This document shows, piece by piece, positions 1-10,281 of a stretch of DNA of 59,372 bases (the first letter of the stretch is position 1; every line of letters starts with the position of its first letter). The stretch lies in NCBI GenBank assembly GCA_018897195.1, contig JAHILH010000004.1, positions 149,678 to 209,049 on the forward strand. Reading direction: 5' to 3'. The position numbers and the translations under genes are program-made. The notes beneath the pieces are model-generated. The model was not told the origin of the DNA. It worked only from the letters and a program-made list of their open reading frames with translations, and did not search any database. Source of the DNA: Patescibacteria group bacterium. Lineage in GTDB: Bacteria; Patescibacteriota; Patescibacteriia; Patescibacteriales; UBA12075.

Positions 1-1
1 C

Positions 2-217
2 AAATCAAATCCGACCTTGAAAATATTTATTTTTGTACATTCAAAGGATAAGAAGGATGAAATGATCAACAACATGAATATCCAAAAATTTACAAATATT
101 AAAGTTGTTGCCCCTGAATATATCGAAGTTAAGGATAAATATAAATATGATCTAGAAACAATCTCTCAAACAATTTTTAACAAAGTTAATTTTAAAAAAA
201 ACGACGATGAAAATTAA
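2..217 (+). CDS. C-terminal fragment of probable SIR2-like protein (Sir2-HerA partner); truncated by window start
   Basis: Frame is open from position 2 (KSNPTLKIFIFVHS...). The NPTLxIxIF segment resembles the C-terminus of Sir2 proteins paired with HerA. The stop overlaps the HerA start. Confidence 0.55.
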   Translation, partial: KSNPTLKIFIFVHSKDKKDEMINNMNIQKFTNIKVVAPEYIEVKDKYKYDLETISQTIFNKVNFKKNDDEN

Positions 218-2084
218 CAGCATACAAAGCTCACTAACAAAAGAATCAATTTTTATAGTTGGCTATGTATCTTCAATTGAGGGTAGAAAAGTTCGAATAA
301 GGGTAAATAAAAATAAAAATGCCTCACATTTATTATATAACGGAGAAATTTTAAAAAATGTATCTGTCGGTGGTTTTATTAAAATAACTAAAGGGTTTGT
401 TGAAATAATTGGCAAAGTTGAGGGTGAATACACACAAACAGAAAAAATATTCGATGAAAGATACAACAAGTCAGAAAATAAAATTGTCAGATACTTAGAC
501 ATTTCATTGTTTGGTCATTTTGATGGAGATAAATTTGAACAAGGGATTAAGGAAATGCCCCTAATTGATAATGAGTGTTATTTACTTGATAAAAATGAGT
601 TTATCAGACTCCATCAATTTTATAAAAAAGATGAAAAGACTATTACACTAGGAGTGTTAACCGAAGAACCATCGCAAGAAATAAAGATTAGTATCAATAA
701 ATTATTTGCAAGTCATATTGGTATTTTTGGAAACACTGGAAGCGGGAAATCAAACACTCTGGCAAGAATTTATTATGAGTTATTTTTACAAATGAAAGAT
801 AACGATAACTTTAAAAATAATTCAAAATTTATTATTATTGATTTTAATGGAGAGTATGGAAAGGTAGCTCAGACCGGTTTAGTAGATGAAATAATTACAA
901 AACACAAAAAAGTATATTCCTTAAATACCAGAAAAGAAGCTGGTGAAATTCAATTATCTGAAAAAATACCACTAAATGAGAAGGATTTGATAGATGTCGA
1001 ATTAATATCGATATTAGCAAATGCTTCAGAAAAAACACAAAAGCCTTTTATAAAAAGGGCTATAAGTTTCTATAAAAAAGTTCACAAAACAGGAACTATT
1101 GATGAAGGTTTGGTTTACTTTAAAAATATCCTAAAAAATAAATTAGTATCCATTCTCCAAATGGTAACAAAAGAAAAATCTCATACACTGCTTGATTATA
1201 TTAAAATAATTCTAGATATATCTGATGGAGATGCTATCACAATCCCGAGTTGGAATAGTTCGCTAAATTATTTCATGTCCGCCACTAACACCGTCAATGG
1301 AAGTAGGCAAATTTTAAAAGCAGAAATAATTCAAACTGATTTATATAAAAAAATTGATGACTACATTTTTCCAACTAATGCAATATCTAAATTAATTCAC
1401 TTTTTATATTTACAACTAATATTTGACATATACAACGATAAAGCACAAAATGAACACATCGCACCAGCGGTAAACAAATTAAAAAGTAAACAAAAGGACA
1501 TTGAAAAAGTACTAGACACAGAAAACAACCAAGCAATGTTTCCCGAAAATATAAATTTAATTATAGTAGATTTAAAAAATACAAATCTGGAAATAAAAAA
1601 AACGCTACCATTGATTATTGCTAAAAAATTATATGATGAACATAAAATTGATTTCGAAAACAAATCTTTGCATATTATCATAGATGAAGCACATAATATT
1701 TTATCCAGCTCGTCAGAAAGAGAAAATGAAAATTGGAAAGATTATAGATTGGAGACCTTTGAAGAAATTATTAAAGAAGGTAGAAAATTTAATACTTTCT
1801 TGACTATTTCTAGTCAGAGACCATATGACATATCACAAACACTAATTTCACAACTCCACAACTATTTTATTCACAGACTCATAAATAATTATGACATAAA
1901 TGCAATTGAAAAAACGGTTTCATATTTAGACAAATTATCATTTGAATCAATCCCGGTTCTATCAGTTGGAAGTTGCTTTTTTGCTGGTCTTGCTTCTAAT
2001 ATACCTACAAAGGTAAGTGTTAATTTGCTAGATAAAAAAAATCAACCCAACAGTGAAACAATTACACTGACCAATATTTGGTAA
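207..2084 (+). CDS. herA: HerA/FtsK-family ATPase (anti-phage HerA type)
   Basis: N-terminal HAS barrel-like region, Walker A GNTGSGKS, IIDFNGEY, Walker B IIIDEAHN, KEGRKF and SQRP motifs. Confidence 0.9.
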   Translation: MKINSIQSSLTKESIFIVGYVSSIEGRKVRIRVNKNKNASHLLYNGEILKNVSVGGFIKITKGFVEIIGKVEGEYTQTEKIFDERYNKSENKIVRYLDISLFGHFDGDKFEQGIKEMPLIDNECYLLDKNEFIRLHQFYKKDEKTITLGVLTEEPSQEIKISINKLFASHIGIFGNTGSGKSNTLARIYYELFLQMKDNDNFKNNSKFIIIDFNGEYGKVAQTGLVDEIITKHKKVYSLNTRKEAGEIQLSEKIPLNEKDLIDVELISILANASEKTQKPFIKRAISFYKKVHKTGTIDEGLVYFKNILKNKLVSILQMVTKEKSHTLLDYIKIILDISDGDAITIPSWNSSLNYFMSATNTVNGSRQILKAEIIQTDLYKKIDDYIFPTNAISKLIHFLYLQLIFDIYNDKAQNEHIAPAVNKLKSKQKDIEKVLDTENNQAMFPENINLIIVDLKNTNLEIKKTLPLIIAKKLYDEHKIDFENKSLHIIIDEAHNILSSSSERENENWKDYRLETFEEIIKEGRKFNTFLTISSQRPYDISQTLISQLHNYFIHRLINNYDINAIEKTVSYLDKLSFESIPVLSVGSCFFAGLASNIPTKVSVNLLDKKNQPNSETITLTNIW

Positions 2085-2195
2085 TTCATAAAAAATTAAA
2101 ATACCTATTTCTCAAATAAACAATACAATTTAATAAGCTTTTTATATACTTAGAAATTATCAATTCTTATAAAGAAAAGATGAAATGTATATAGT

Positions 2196-2225
2196 AAAAA
2201 ACTACCGCTTTTGAGGTAGTTTTTT
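2196..2225. terminator. Bidirectional intrinsic terminator between herA and the nuclease gene
   Basis: AAAAAACTACC-loop-GGTAGTTTTTT hairpin between convergent genes. Confidence 0.65.
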
Positions 2226-2266
2226 GCATTTTTTAGAGACCTATTTTAAATCACTGGGCAACGACC

Positions 2267-3238
2267 TTATACTGAAAAATCAAATGAATATATGCCATCC
2301 TCTAGCAATGTCACCTCAATATTAGTTCTGCCATAATTTTCAAGATCGCTCTTTGTCACTCTTTGCCCTAAGGGAACACCGATTCTCTCTCTAATATATT
2401 TACCAAGCTCGCATTTAACTGGAGATGAGCTAATTTGTTTAGGATATTTCACTTCATCAATCATTGCATTACCTTCTAATAATCCTCTCATTGTTCTACC
2501 ATCATCCCAAATAATATCAATAGAATCATTATGTCTTTGAGCTCTCCCCTCCCCAGATATCGTGGGCTGCACTATCTGCTTTTGAGGGAATAATAATGGA
2601 AATGCTCGAATCTGTTCCACTGTTATTGGTATATAAGCATCATTTGGATTGGTATGATTGTTGGGATTTTGACCCCAATTCAACCCTGCAGCATTATGAA
2701 TTTCTCCATCTCTCATTAATAAAGAAAGTAAACAATTACCAGTTTGAGTGACACCAATAATTGCGGATCCTGATATTATTCTTGTAACAACATCTAAGCA
2801 AGTAACTGAATTAGCAAGGACAAGCTCAACATAATCGTTTAAAGAACTGTAAATATCGGTCGGCACATCAGCTAATACCTCTCGCAATGGTGTAGTAAGT
2901 CCATTTACAGAAAAATTAGCGGATCCAATTAGTGCGTGAATTATTTCACCATGCCTTCTCCATAAATAACACTTCGAATGAACTGGTATCTTAGAATAAT
3001 AAATATTCAGCGTTGGGGGACTACTCTCCTGAATAGACTTTAGAGAATTGTGAAGTTTTGATTTTATACCTTCAGATCCATACATACCGTAAATTATTTT
3101 GGACCCAAAGGGTAATTCCTCTAGCCTTGCCACAGGATTTGGACCAAGATAACCAGAAAGTATAATCAACTCATCTACGTCCCGTAGATTGTTGTGACAG
3201 GTAAACACTACCTCTTCTAAATTCTTAGTGAATAACAT
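2267..3238 (-). CDS. PLD-family restriction endonuclease (NgoFVII/BfiI-like)
   Basis: Single HxK PLD motif VHSKCY...IGSANFS and a C-terminal GLNWGQ...DAYIPI region; lies directly after two methyltransferases. Confidence 0.8.
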   Translation of the reverse strand: MLFTKNLEEVVFTCHNNLRDVDELIILSGYLGPNPVARLEELPFGSKIIYGMYGSEGIKSKLHNSLKSIQESSPPTLNIYYSKIPVHSKCYLWRRHGEIIHALIGSANFSVNGLTTPLREVLADVPTDIYSSLNDYVELVLANSVTCLDVVTRIISGSAIIGVTQTGNCLLSLLMRDGEIHNAAGLNWGQNPNNHTNPNDAYIPITVEQIRAFPLLFPQKQIVQPTISGEGRAQRHNDSIDIIWDDGRTMRGLLEGNAMIDEVKYPKQISSSPVKCELGKYIRERIGVPLGQRVTKSDLENYGRTNIEVTLLEDGIYSFDFSV

Positions 3239-4453
3239 TTATTTATATTTATTTATTAAATCGTTTATTCCTTGCGCTACAATCTTAGCAAATAAAGAAG
3301 GTACAGCATTACCAATCATTTTATACTGATCACCCATGCTACCTAAAAATTCAAAGTCATCTGAAAAAGTTTGTAGCCTAGCTGCCTCTCGAACAGTGAT
3401 AGATCTTGCCTGCATTGGATCAGGATGAATATGACGCAAGCCATCCTTATATAAATGAGCCACTATGGTATTACTCGGTTTATTATTATCTAAAACGTGA
3501 TACTTATGAACAGTTGACACTTTCCCTGTTTTTTCAGTATAAAGTTTTTTTAAATCATCTACGTTATTATATTTTCTTTTTTTTCTGGTTAAATCACTTG
3601 CAAGTTCTTTAAAAATTTCAATATCTCTAATGGAGTGAAATCTTGGAATATGGTTCTTGACATTATTTTTTCCAATTATTCTATGGGAAATTTTGCCATT
3701 ATTTACAATCTCAGCCTTGGGCAAATCCATAATTGCATCTCTAACTGTTCTTTTTTTTGATTTATACCGAGGAAGAATATTTTCATAAAAATCTAACAAT
3801 ATTTCCTGTTTATCACCTTTAAAGTATTTATTACTTAGACCAACAATAATTAGTCTTTTTCTTTGTTGTGGTACTCCAAAATCAGAAACATCAAATGCTG
3901 CTTTTTTTAGATCAAAAATTATTGTATACCCAATTTTATCAAATGACTTTCTTATAAGCTCTTCAATTGGAATATCTCCTGGTTTTGCACTCAACAAACC
4001 TAAAACATTTTCAAAAACGAATAATTTAGGTTCGAATTTTTTTACAATTTTTATATAAGTCTCAAATAAATAGTTGCGATAATCATCTCTCATACCATTT
4101 TTATCTCTAATCCGACCAGCTATTGAGTATGCTTGACATGGTGGGCCACCGATAATTATATCGACCACTCCACCCTTCTCCTCAATAACCTTTTTTAAAC
4201 CTTTGTGTTTACCATATTTTAAATCTGACCACCCGTTTATTAATTCGTCTGTCCTTTGCATATCAAAATGTAGAGCAAATTGCTCGGCATCTTTATACCC
4301 CCATTTTGTTTTTAACCTATTTACAAGAGTATTTAAAGCTGGCTTGTCCCATTCAACAACTGCAATAGATGAAAATAAACCCGATGACTCAAACCCATCG
4401 GTAAGACCACCACAACCAGAAAATAAATCTACTGTTTTTAATTTATTTTTCAT
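3239..4453 (-). CDS. DNA (cytosine-5)-methyltransferase 2
   Basis: Motifs DLFSGCGG (I), GPPCQ (IV), FENV (VI), QxRxR (VIII), REAARLQ and GNAV. Confidence 0.95.
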   Translation of the reverse strand: MKNKLKTVDLFSGCGGLTDGFESSGLFSSIAVVEWDKPALNTLVNRLKTKWGYKDAEQFALHFDMQRTDELINGWSDLKYGKHKGLKKVIEEKGGVVDIIIGGPPCQAYSIAGRIRDKNGMRDDYRNYLFETYIKIVKKFEPKLFVFENVLGLLSAKPGDIPIEELIRKSFDKIGYTIIFDLKKAAFDVSDFGVPQQRKRLIIVGLSNKYFKGDKQEILLDFYENILPRYKSKKRTVRDAIMDLPKAEIVNNGKISHRIIGKNNVKNHIPRFHSIRDIEIFKELASDLTRKKRKYNNVDDLKKLYTEKTGKVSTVHKYHVLDNNKPSNTIVAHLYKDGLRHIHPDPMQARSITVREAARLQTFSDDFEFLGSMGDQYKMIGNAVPSLFAKIVAQGINDLINKYK

Positions 4454-5516
4454 AATTTAAATATTTTAACAATTCATCGGCTAATGCTTTTGCCAATAAA
4501 GGTGGCACCGCGTTTCCAACTTGCTTGTTTTGCTGAGTTTTTACACCCTTAAAAACAAAACTATCAGGGAATGACTGAAGTCTTGCATTCTCTCTAATTG
4601 TTGGCACTCTATTATGTTTATAATGAAAATGATTCCTATGTCCTGTGTCTATAGTCTTTGATGGTTTTTTACTATGATATCTCGTCCACGCTTCATTAAA
4701 TTTTCTAGATTCACCAACACCTTTTGGCAAATCTTTATGATTGCCCCCCTCAGGAACTTGTGAAATTACATTAATAACTTCTTTGGTGTGTTTAGTTCCA
4801 ACGTGATTATATAATATTTTCTCATCTCCCCTCATAAGCACCTGATAACTAGATTTAGCTTTTTTTGAATATTTATCTTTCTCATTCCCAATGTCATCAA
4901 CTAGATCTGATAAATCACTAATTGCTTGTTCACATGTAACATAATCAGTTGGCTTATGTGACGGTTCGGGAAATTCAAATTTGCCATATTTTTTTAATAA
5001 TCCCACAAATACAATTCTTTTTCTAATTTGTGGTACTCCATAATCAGGAGCAAACAAAACTTTACTGTTAACTGTATATCCAAGCTCCTCATATCTTTCC
5101 AATATTCTTTTTTTTGCAACACCACCATAAAGAGTTTCCAACCCAGGAACATTTTCAATAATAACGGCCCTTGGCTTAATCTTCTCTGCTAAATCAAAAA
5201 CTGCATTAAAAAGTACATTACGCTTATCATCTTTTAATCTTGTTCCGCTCAATGAAAAACCCTGACATGGAGGACCGGCTATTATTACATCAACCCTTTT
5301 TTCTCCCTTAGCATTTATAATTTCTTCTATGGCCTTATCGTCCGACAAATCAAGCTTTAAAGCTTTTGCACCATCGTGATTAAAAAGAAAGGTATCCAAA
5401 GATGGCTGATCATGATCGACCCCAACTAATATATTAAAACCAGCTTGTGTAAAACCACACGAAAAACCACCACAACCAGAAAAAAGTTCAATTACATTTA
5501 ATTTCTTTGTAGACAT
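4443..5516 (-). CDS. DNA (cytosine-5)-methyltransferase 1
   Basis: Motifs ELFSGCGG, GPPCQGFS, IENV, PQIRKR, RENARLQSF and GNAVPP. Start placed at MSTKK (ATG 5516). Confidence 0.95.
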   Translation of the reverse strand: MSTKKLNVIELFSGCGGFSCGFTQAGFNILVGVDHDQPSLDTFLFNHDGAKALKLDLSDDKAIEEIINAKGEKRVDVIIAGPPCQGFSLSGTRLKDDKRNVLFNAVFDLAEKIKPRAVIIENVPGLETLYGGVAKKRILERYEELGYTVNSKVLFAPDYGVPQIRKRIVFVGLLKKYGKFEFPEPSHKPTDYVTCEQAISDLSDLVDDIGNEKDKYSKKAKSSYQVLMRGDEKILYNHVGTKHTKEVINVISQVPEGGNHKDLPKGVGESRKFNEAWTRYHSKKPSKTIDTGHRNHFHYKHNRVPTIRENARLQSFPDSFVFKGVKTQQNKQVGNAVPPLLAKALADELLKYLNYEK

Positions 5517-5686
5517 AATAGCATAAATTAAATACACACATGTAATCCATGCGCTTTATCTTCTCATAATAACATATTTTTATAATATACAAAATATAAT
5601 CTACGCAAACTTTTAACCCTCAACATCTCAATAATAGTTTGGTTGACTTATTTACACTTTATTGCTAATATTTCCATAATAATGAT

Positions 5687-6508
5687 ATGTATATAATTGA
5701 GATAGAAAATAAACTAAACAACTTTATTGAAGAATACGACAAACAAAAAACGGGCAACGATTGTATGCGCGTTGTTTCTGAATATGCTGATTTTATAAAG
5801 ACAATTAAAAATGAGGAAATTAAAAAATACCTAACATACGTGAATAATCTTAATAAATTATTCGATCAAATGGAAACAGGTGAAATAAAAACCAATAATG
5901 AGTCAAGTGAGGATCAAAAACGTATAATAGCTAATGATCTTTTAAATTTTTTTATGTTTGGAACGCCATTTTTGGCAATTTTTTCAATCAGTGAATTATT
6001 AAACAACTTAAAAAACAAACAAACGCCCTACGAACCAGAAAAACAAATCCTATTTAGTGGTGCCATGTTTGATAGCTATTTTATTGATAACTATAAAATT
6101 ATCTTTAGAAATTTTATACGCATGTGTAATGATCAAATATTTAGCATTACCAGTAGTTTAAAAATACACAAACCACAAAAACAAGCCATAACAATTTCAA
6201 TTTCTAAAACTAAGGGAATCTACAGAAAATTTAATAATAAAACCCTAACATACCCAATAAGAAGTAAAAAGCGTCGTTCTGATCTTATTTATCTGCTTCA
6301 AGATGGTATAAAAAGTAATAGCGAGTTAGTAGGGACCCTAAAAAAGAATTATAAAAATACGGACAAGACAATAATAACAAAAAGTATTACTGATACAAAC
6401 AAACAATTTAAAAGAAATCTAGACCTGGAAGATGAAATTATATTAAGTCTACCAACTGGAGGTTATAATTTAAATCATGAAAAATTTGAAATAATTTTTG
6501 AGAATTAA
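5687..6508 (+). CDS. Hypothetical protein with possible C-terminal winged-helix DNA-binding domain
   Basis: 273-aa ORF. The C-terminus (SNSELV...KSITDTNKQFKRNL...GGYNLN) resembles the OmpR-type wHTH pattern. Confidence 0.5.
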   Translation: MYIIEIENKLNNFIEEYDKQKTGNDCMRVVSEYADFIKTIKNEEIKKYLTYVNNLNKLFDQMETGEIKTNNESSEDQKRIIANDLLNFFMFGTPFLAIFSISELLNNLKNKQTPYEPEKQILFSGAMFDSYFIDNYKIIFRNFIRMCNDQIFSITSSLKIHKPQKQAITISISKTKGIYRKFNNKTLTYPIRSKKRRSDLIYLLQDGIKSNSELVGTLKKNYKNTDKTIITKSITDTNKQFKRNLDLEDEIILSLPTGGYNLNHEKFEIIFEN

Positions 6509-6631
6509 AAAAACTCTTAGGTGACACTAGAACTCATAATAAACAATGGCTTGAAATAGCCATTTTTTGTTTACCTAAAGTCACCCAAAAGTAATCTAAA
6601 AGTAATTAGGAAAATTGTTTAAGCTTTAATC

Positions 6632-8668
6632 ATGAACAAGCAAATTATAAACATTTTTTTTAATCACGTAAAAATTCCCAACACATCAATTCAGCTTGGT
6701 GAAGTAAATAATATTCATCACACAATTCGATATGATGAAGAGTTTGATTTTGAAGAATATATAAACAAACACCCATCACAAAATATCTATTTTCTTGGTG
6801 GTATAAAAGATGGTGTCACAACCAGGGCAAAAGATGCTGACATTTTTATTAAAAACTACATTGCTCTAGATTTTGATATTAGACAAGAAATGAAAAAGCG
6901 AAATGAAGAGTGTGACGACGAAATACTAAAACGAAAGGCGAATCAAATTCTTGAACAATTTAAATCATCGCCGGAGCTAAAAGATTATTCATATGCCCTA
7001 CTAAGCGGCAACGGATTGCACGTCTATTATTTTTGCAAGCCAATAAAAATAAACGATGCAGAAATTTTTAAACTTGGCTTAAAAAATTTAATTGAGTTCG
7101 TACGCTTTTATTCCCCCATCACCGCTGATACGGCTTGCTCAAATTTGGCTAGAATCTTTCGCATACCCGGAAGTGTCAATCAAAAAAATAGTATGCAAAC
7201 CATACTTATGGAGTTTGAATTTACACTATCAAATATTATTGAAAATATTTTAAAATTAGGCAAAGCGGAAATGTCAGAAACAAGTGCCATAAAAGATATT
7301 CATAATGCTCGACCTCCAGAAAATAATACTTATACTGCGATTAACAATATACCACTACCACCCATTGTCTGCGCAGCTCTCAACTTAGACTATGATGGCA
7401 AAAAGAACTTTCGCGCTAATGGTGACAAAAAAATAAAAGCATGTTTTATGAGCGAAAAAAATCAAAACATTATTATTTCCGGTGGCACTGGCTTGTTTAG
7501 CGATCAACAGTCTGGTTACAACACATTTCAATTTGTAAAGATGATTAATAATTTCACCAACCAACAAACTTTTAATTGGTTTAACGAAAGATACCAACAT
7601 ATCACAAAACTATCCAGCAACTATAAAAGTAAAATTGATAATGATGGTGGCCTATTAGATGAAACAGAAGAACTAATTATAGTTACCGCAAAAGATATAT
7701 TGGCAAAAGAACCAAAAGAGGCGCCATTTATAGTTGACACACTAATTCCAGAAGGTGCTGTTACAGCCATTACCGCCGGATCAGGAAAAGGTAAAAGTTT
7801 GTTCATGTTGATCCTAGCTAGTCATATTGCCACAGGTAATAAATTATTTGGCATCTTTAATACTAAAAAAAGTAAGGTATTAATAATTGACCAAGAGATG
7901 GACGAAGATATCATCGTGGGTCGATTTAAAGCAACTATAAAAGAAAATATTGCCATTGATTATATCTACAACCAAGCTTGGAAAATTGATAACGAAAAAA
8001 ATTACGAGGATTTAAAGGAAATAATAATAACAAATAAATACAAAGTTTTAGTATTAGATACTTTTGCAAATATTCATAACAAACAAGAAAATGATTCTGG
8101 TGAAATGAAACGAATAAATAATAGAATGCTTAAGCTTATCAGGGACACAACGGTTACAATTATTTATTTACATCATCATCGCAAAGAACAAAATAATCAA
8201 GCCTTAAGCCAATTATCAAGTCGCGGATCAACAGAAATTATTGCGAAAGTCGCCTCGCACATAGTGGTAAATTCTAAAAAATCAATCACTGATGATAATG
8301 GAATGATTAGAACAAAATTTACCATTGCTCAAGAAAAATCCAGAAGACCTAGTAAATTTAATAAACTAGAATTCGAAACAATTTATGACGAACTAAATAA
8401 TAATACTACTTGGCAATATTTAGGCGAAACCAATCAAGAGAAATATAACGAGTCAGAAATAATTGACGAGATTTACAAACTCTTAGAAGAATCTGAGTCC
8501 ATGACTTTCGAGGAAATTAAAAAAGGCCTGAAGGATAACGATTTTGAGATTGGAGATAACAAACTGAGAGACAGTTTAAAAATTACGACGGGCAAATATT
8601 TAAGCAAAACAAAAGGAAGCGGAAAATATCACAATACTGATTATTATTCCATAAAAAATGATCAATAA
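6632..8668 (+). CDS. Primase-helicase replication protein (AEP/RepB-like primase + RepA/AAA_25 helicase)
   Basis: Primase motifs LDFD, SGNGLHVY and RIFRIPGS; Walker A AGSGKGKS, Walker B VLVLDT, LHHHRK. Confidence 0.85.
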   Translation: MNKQIINIFFNHVKIPNTSIQLGEVNNIHHTIRYDEEFDFEEYINKHPSQNIYFLGGIKDGVTTRAKDADIFIKNYIALDFDIRQEMKKRNEECDDEILKRKANQILEQFKSSPELKDYSYALLSGNGLHVYYFCKPIKINDAEIFKLGLKNLIEFVRFYSPITADTACSNLARIFRIPGSVNQKNSMQTILMEFEFTLSNIIENILKLGKAEMSETSAIKDIHNARPPENNTYTAINNIPLPPIVCAALNLDYDGKKNFRANGDKKIKACFMSEKNQNIIISGGTGLFSDQQSGYNTFQFVKMINNFTNQQTFNWFNERYQHITKLSSNYKSKIDNDGGLLDETEELIIVTAKDILAKEPKEAPFIVDTLIPEGAVTAITAGSGKGKSLFMLILASHIATGNKLFGIFNTKKSKVLIIDQEMDEDIIVGRFKATIKENIAIDYIYNQAWKIDNEKNYEDLKEIIITNKYKVLVLDTFANIHNKQENDSGEMKRINNRMLKLIRDTTVTIIYLHHHRKEQNNQALSQLSSRGSTEIIAKVASHIVVNSKKSITDDNGMIRTKFTIAQEKSRRPSKFNKLEFETIYDELNNNTTWQYLGETNQEKYNESEIIDEIYKLLEESESMTFEEIKKGLKDNDFEIGDNKLRDSLKITTGKYLSKTKGSGKYHNTDYYSIKNDQ

Positions 8669-8763
8669 TTTACTTGTTACTTGTTACTTCCTATATAAGG
8701 ATTAATAAGTAATAAGCTGTTAGATATTCTTTTTTTACCGCCATAAAATGGACGGTAAAAAAA
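8669..8763. repeat. Putative origin of the element: TTACTTG iterons plus hairpin
   Basis: TTACTTGTTACTTGTTACTT immediately after the primase-helicase stop, a counter-oriented AAGTAA, then a TTTTTACCG...CGGTAAAAA hairpin. Confidence 0.45.
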
Positions 8764-8872
8764 AGAAAACCCAATCATCTTAAATAACTTGAAATTTCTA
8801 AAAAATATGTTAGGGTATTATAGCCAAAGTGATAGAGGAATACACTTCTCTATAATGCCCTTTAACAATTAA

Positions 8873-9073
8873 ATGACTACTGATTTAAACAATGTTTTAA
8901 AACTCATCACAACCGACCAACTTGCCGGAATGCTTAGCATATCCAAGGTCACCGTTTATCGATTAGTCGAATCTCGACAAATCCCTTTCTATAAAATAAA
9001 GGGCAGTATTCGATTTAACAAAGATGATGTTTTAAAATATTTACAAGACAATCGAATTGAATCAGGGTTTTGA
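8873..9073 (+). CDS. Excisionase-like helix-turn-helix protein
   Basis: LITTDQLAGMLSISKVTVYRLV...IPFYKIKGSIRF HTH_17-type pattern; adjacent to the integrase. Confidence 0.85.
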   Translation: MTTDLNNVLKLITTDQLAGMLSISKVTVYRLVESRQIPFYKIKGSIRFNKDDVLKYLQDNRIESGF

Positions 9074-10281
9074 CGCATATGAGTGTAAGAAAATTCCGTA
9101 AGCGTTGGTATATTGATATTTACTACAATAACAAACGCATACGTAAACCTAGTCCAGAAAATTCCAGAGCAGGTGCAAGAGCATACGAAGCCTACGCCCT
9201 ACAACAACTATCAAGAGGGGTAGATCCATTTGAAGCGGAGAAAATAAAAAAGGTAATACTCTTTAGTGACTTCGCTTGGAAATGGGTCGAGCTGTATGCC
9301 AAGACAAATAATAAAGTCTCTGGTGTGCGTGGTAAAACTAGTGTGCTTAAAACTCACCTCGTGCCATTCTTTGGTAAATGTAAACTGAATGAAATTACAA
9401 ACTTTTTAGTAGAGGAATACAAAGCTCTTGCTTTAAAAAAAGGATTATGTAATAAAACAGTTAATAATCATCTCACCATCTTAAACACTTGCTTAACGCA
9501 CGCCGTTGAGTGGGATGAACTAGAGACACCGCCTAGAATTAAAAGACTATCAGTGCCACAACAAAAATTTGATTTCATGACCTTTGAAGAAAGTGAAATG
9601 TTAATCAATCAAGCAGATGGTTATTTGCAAGAGATGATTTTGTTTGCATTGCACACTGGCATGAGATACGGAGAGTTGCGCGCAATCAGCTGGCAACATA
9701 TCAATTGGGATAATAAACTCCTAGCAGTCAAAGGTGCCTTTTATCGCGACATCCTTGGCTCAACCAAAAGCAACAAAGAAAGACATATTCCCCTCTCCCC
9801 TCGGCTTTATAGTGTCTTAGCTAAACGCAAGAAAACAAGAGGCTTTATCTTCGCTGATAGTAATGGGGATTATCTTAAAGAAAATCTCGCTCGCCAAGCC
9901 TTAAAGCGCTTAATCGCTAAAACCGAGCTTAATCGCGATAATGGTCGAAAGATAGGTTGGCACGCCTTAAGACACACATTCGCCTCACAGTTGGCCATGA
10001 GAGGCGCTCCCTTGTCTGCTATACAACAGTTGTTAGGTCACTCTGATATCCAAACAACAATGAAGTACGCTCACCTTTCACCATCAACACTACGAAGCAC
10101 AATTAAGCTCTTAGAAAACGGTAATGAAAATGGCTTTGGGCATCATTTGGTCAACACACCCGTTTTGAAACCAGAATTTCAAGAGATTATGTGTGCATTA
10201 GATGTCAATTCTACGGCTAACCTTAAAACAAAAACAGAGTCTTGCGACTCTGCTTTGTATGGTGGAGATGGCGGGAGTTGA
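9070..10281 (+). CDS. Tyrosine recombinase/integrase
   Basis: Catalytic set R (GMRYGEL), K (TKS), HxxR (HALRHTF), H (LGHS), Y (TMKYAH). Alternative ATG at 9079; stop lies inside the tmRNA. Confidence 0.95.
   Translation: MTHMSVRKFRKRWYIDIYYNNKRIRKPSPENSRAGARAYEAYALQQLSRGVDPFEAEKIKKVILFSDFAWKWVELYAKTNNKVSGVRGKTSVLKTHLVPFFGKCKLNEITNFLVEEYKALALKKGLCNKTVNNHLTILNTCLTHAVEWDELETPPRIKRLSVPQQKFDFMTFEESEMLINQADGYLQEMILFALHTGMRYGELRAISWQHINWDNKLLAVKGAFYRDILGSTKSNKERHIPLSPRLYSVLAKRKKTRGFIFADSNGDYLKENLARQALKRLIAKTELNRDNGRKIGWHALRHTFASQLAMRGAPLSAIQQLLGHSDIQTTMKYAHLSPSTLRSTIKLLENGNENGFGHHLVNTPVLKPEFQEIMCALDVNSTANLKTKTESCDSALYGGDGGS

Noticed and set aside
6632..10281. Complete prophage
   Set aside because: No terminase, capsid, tail or lysis genes in the visible part.
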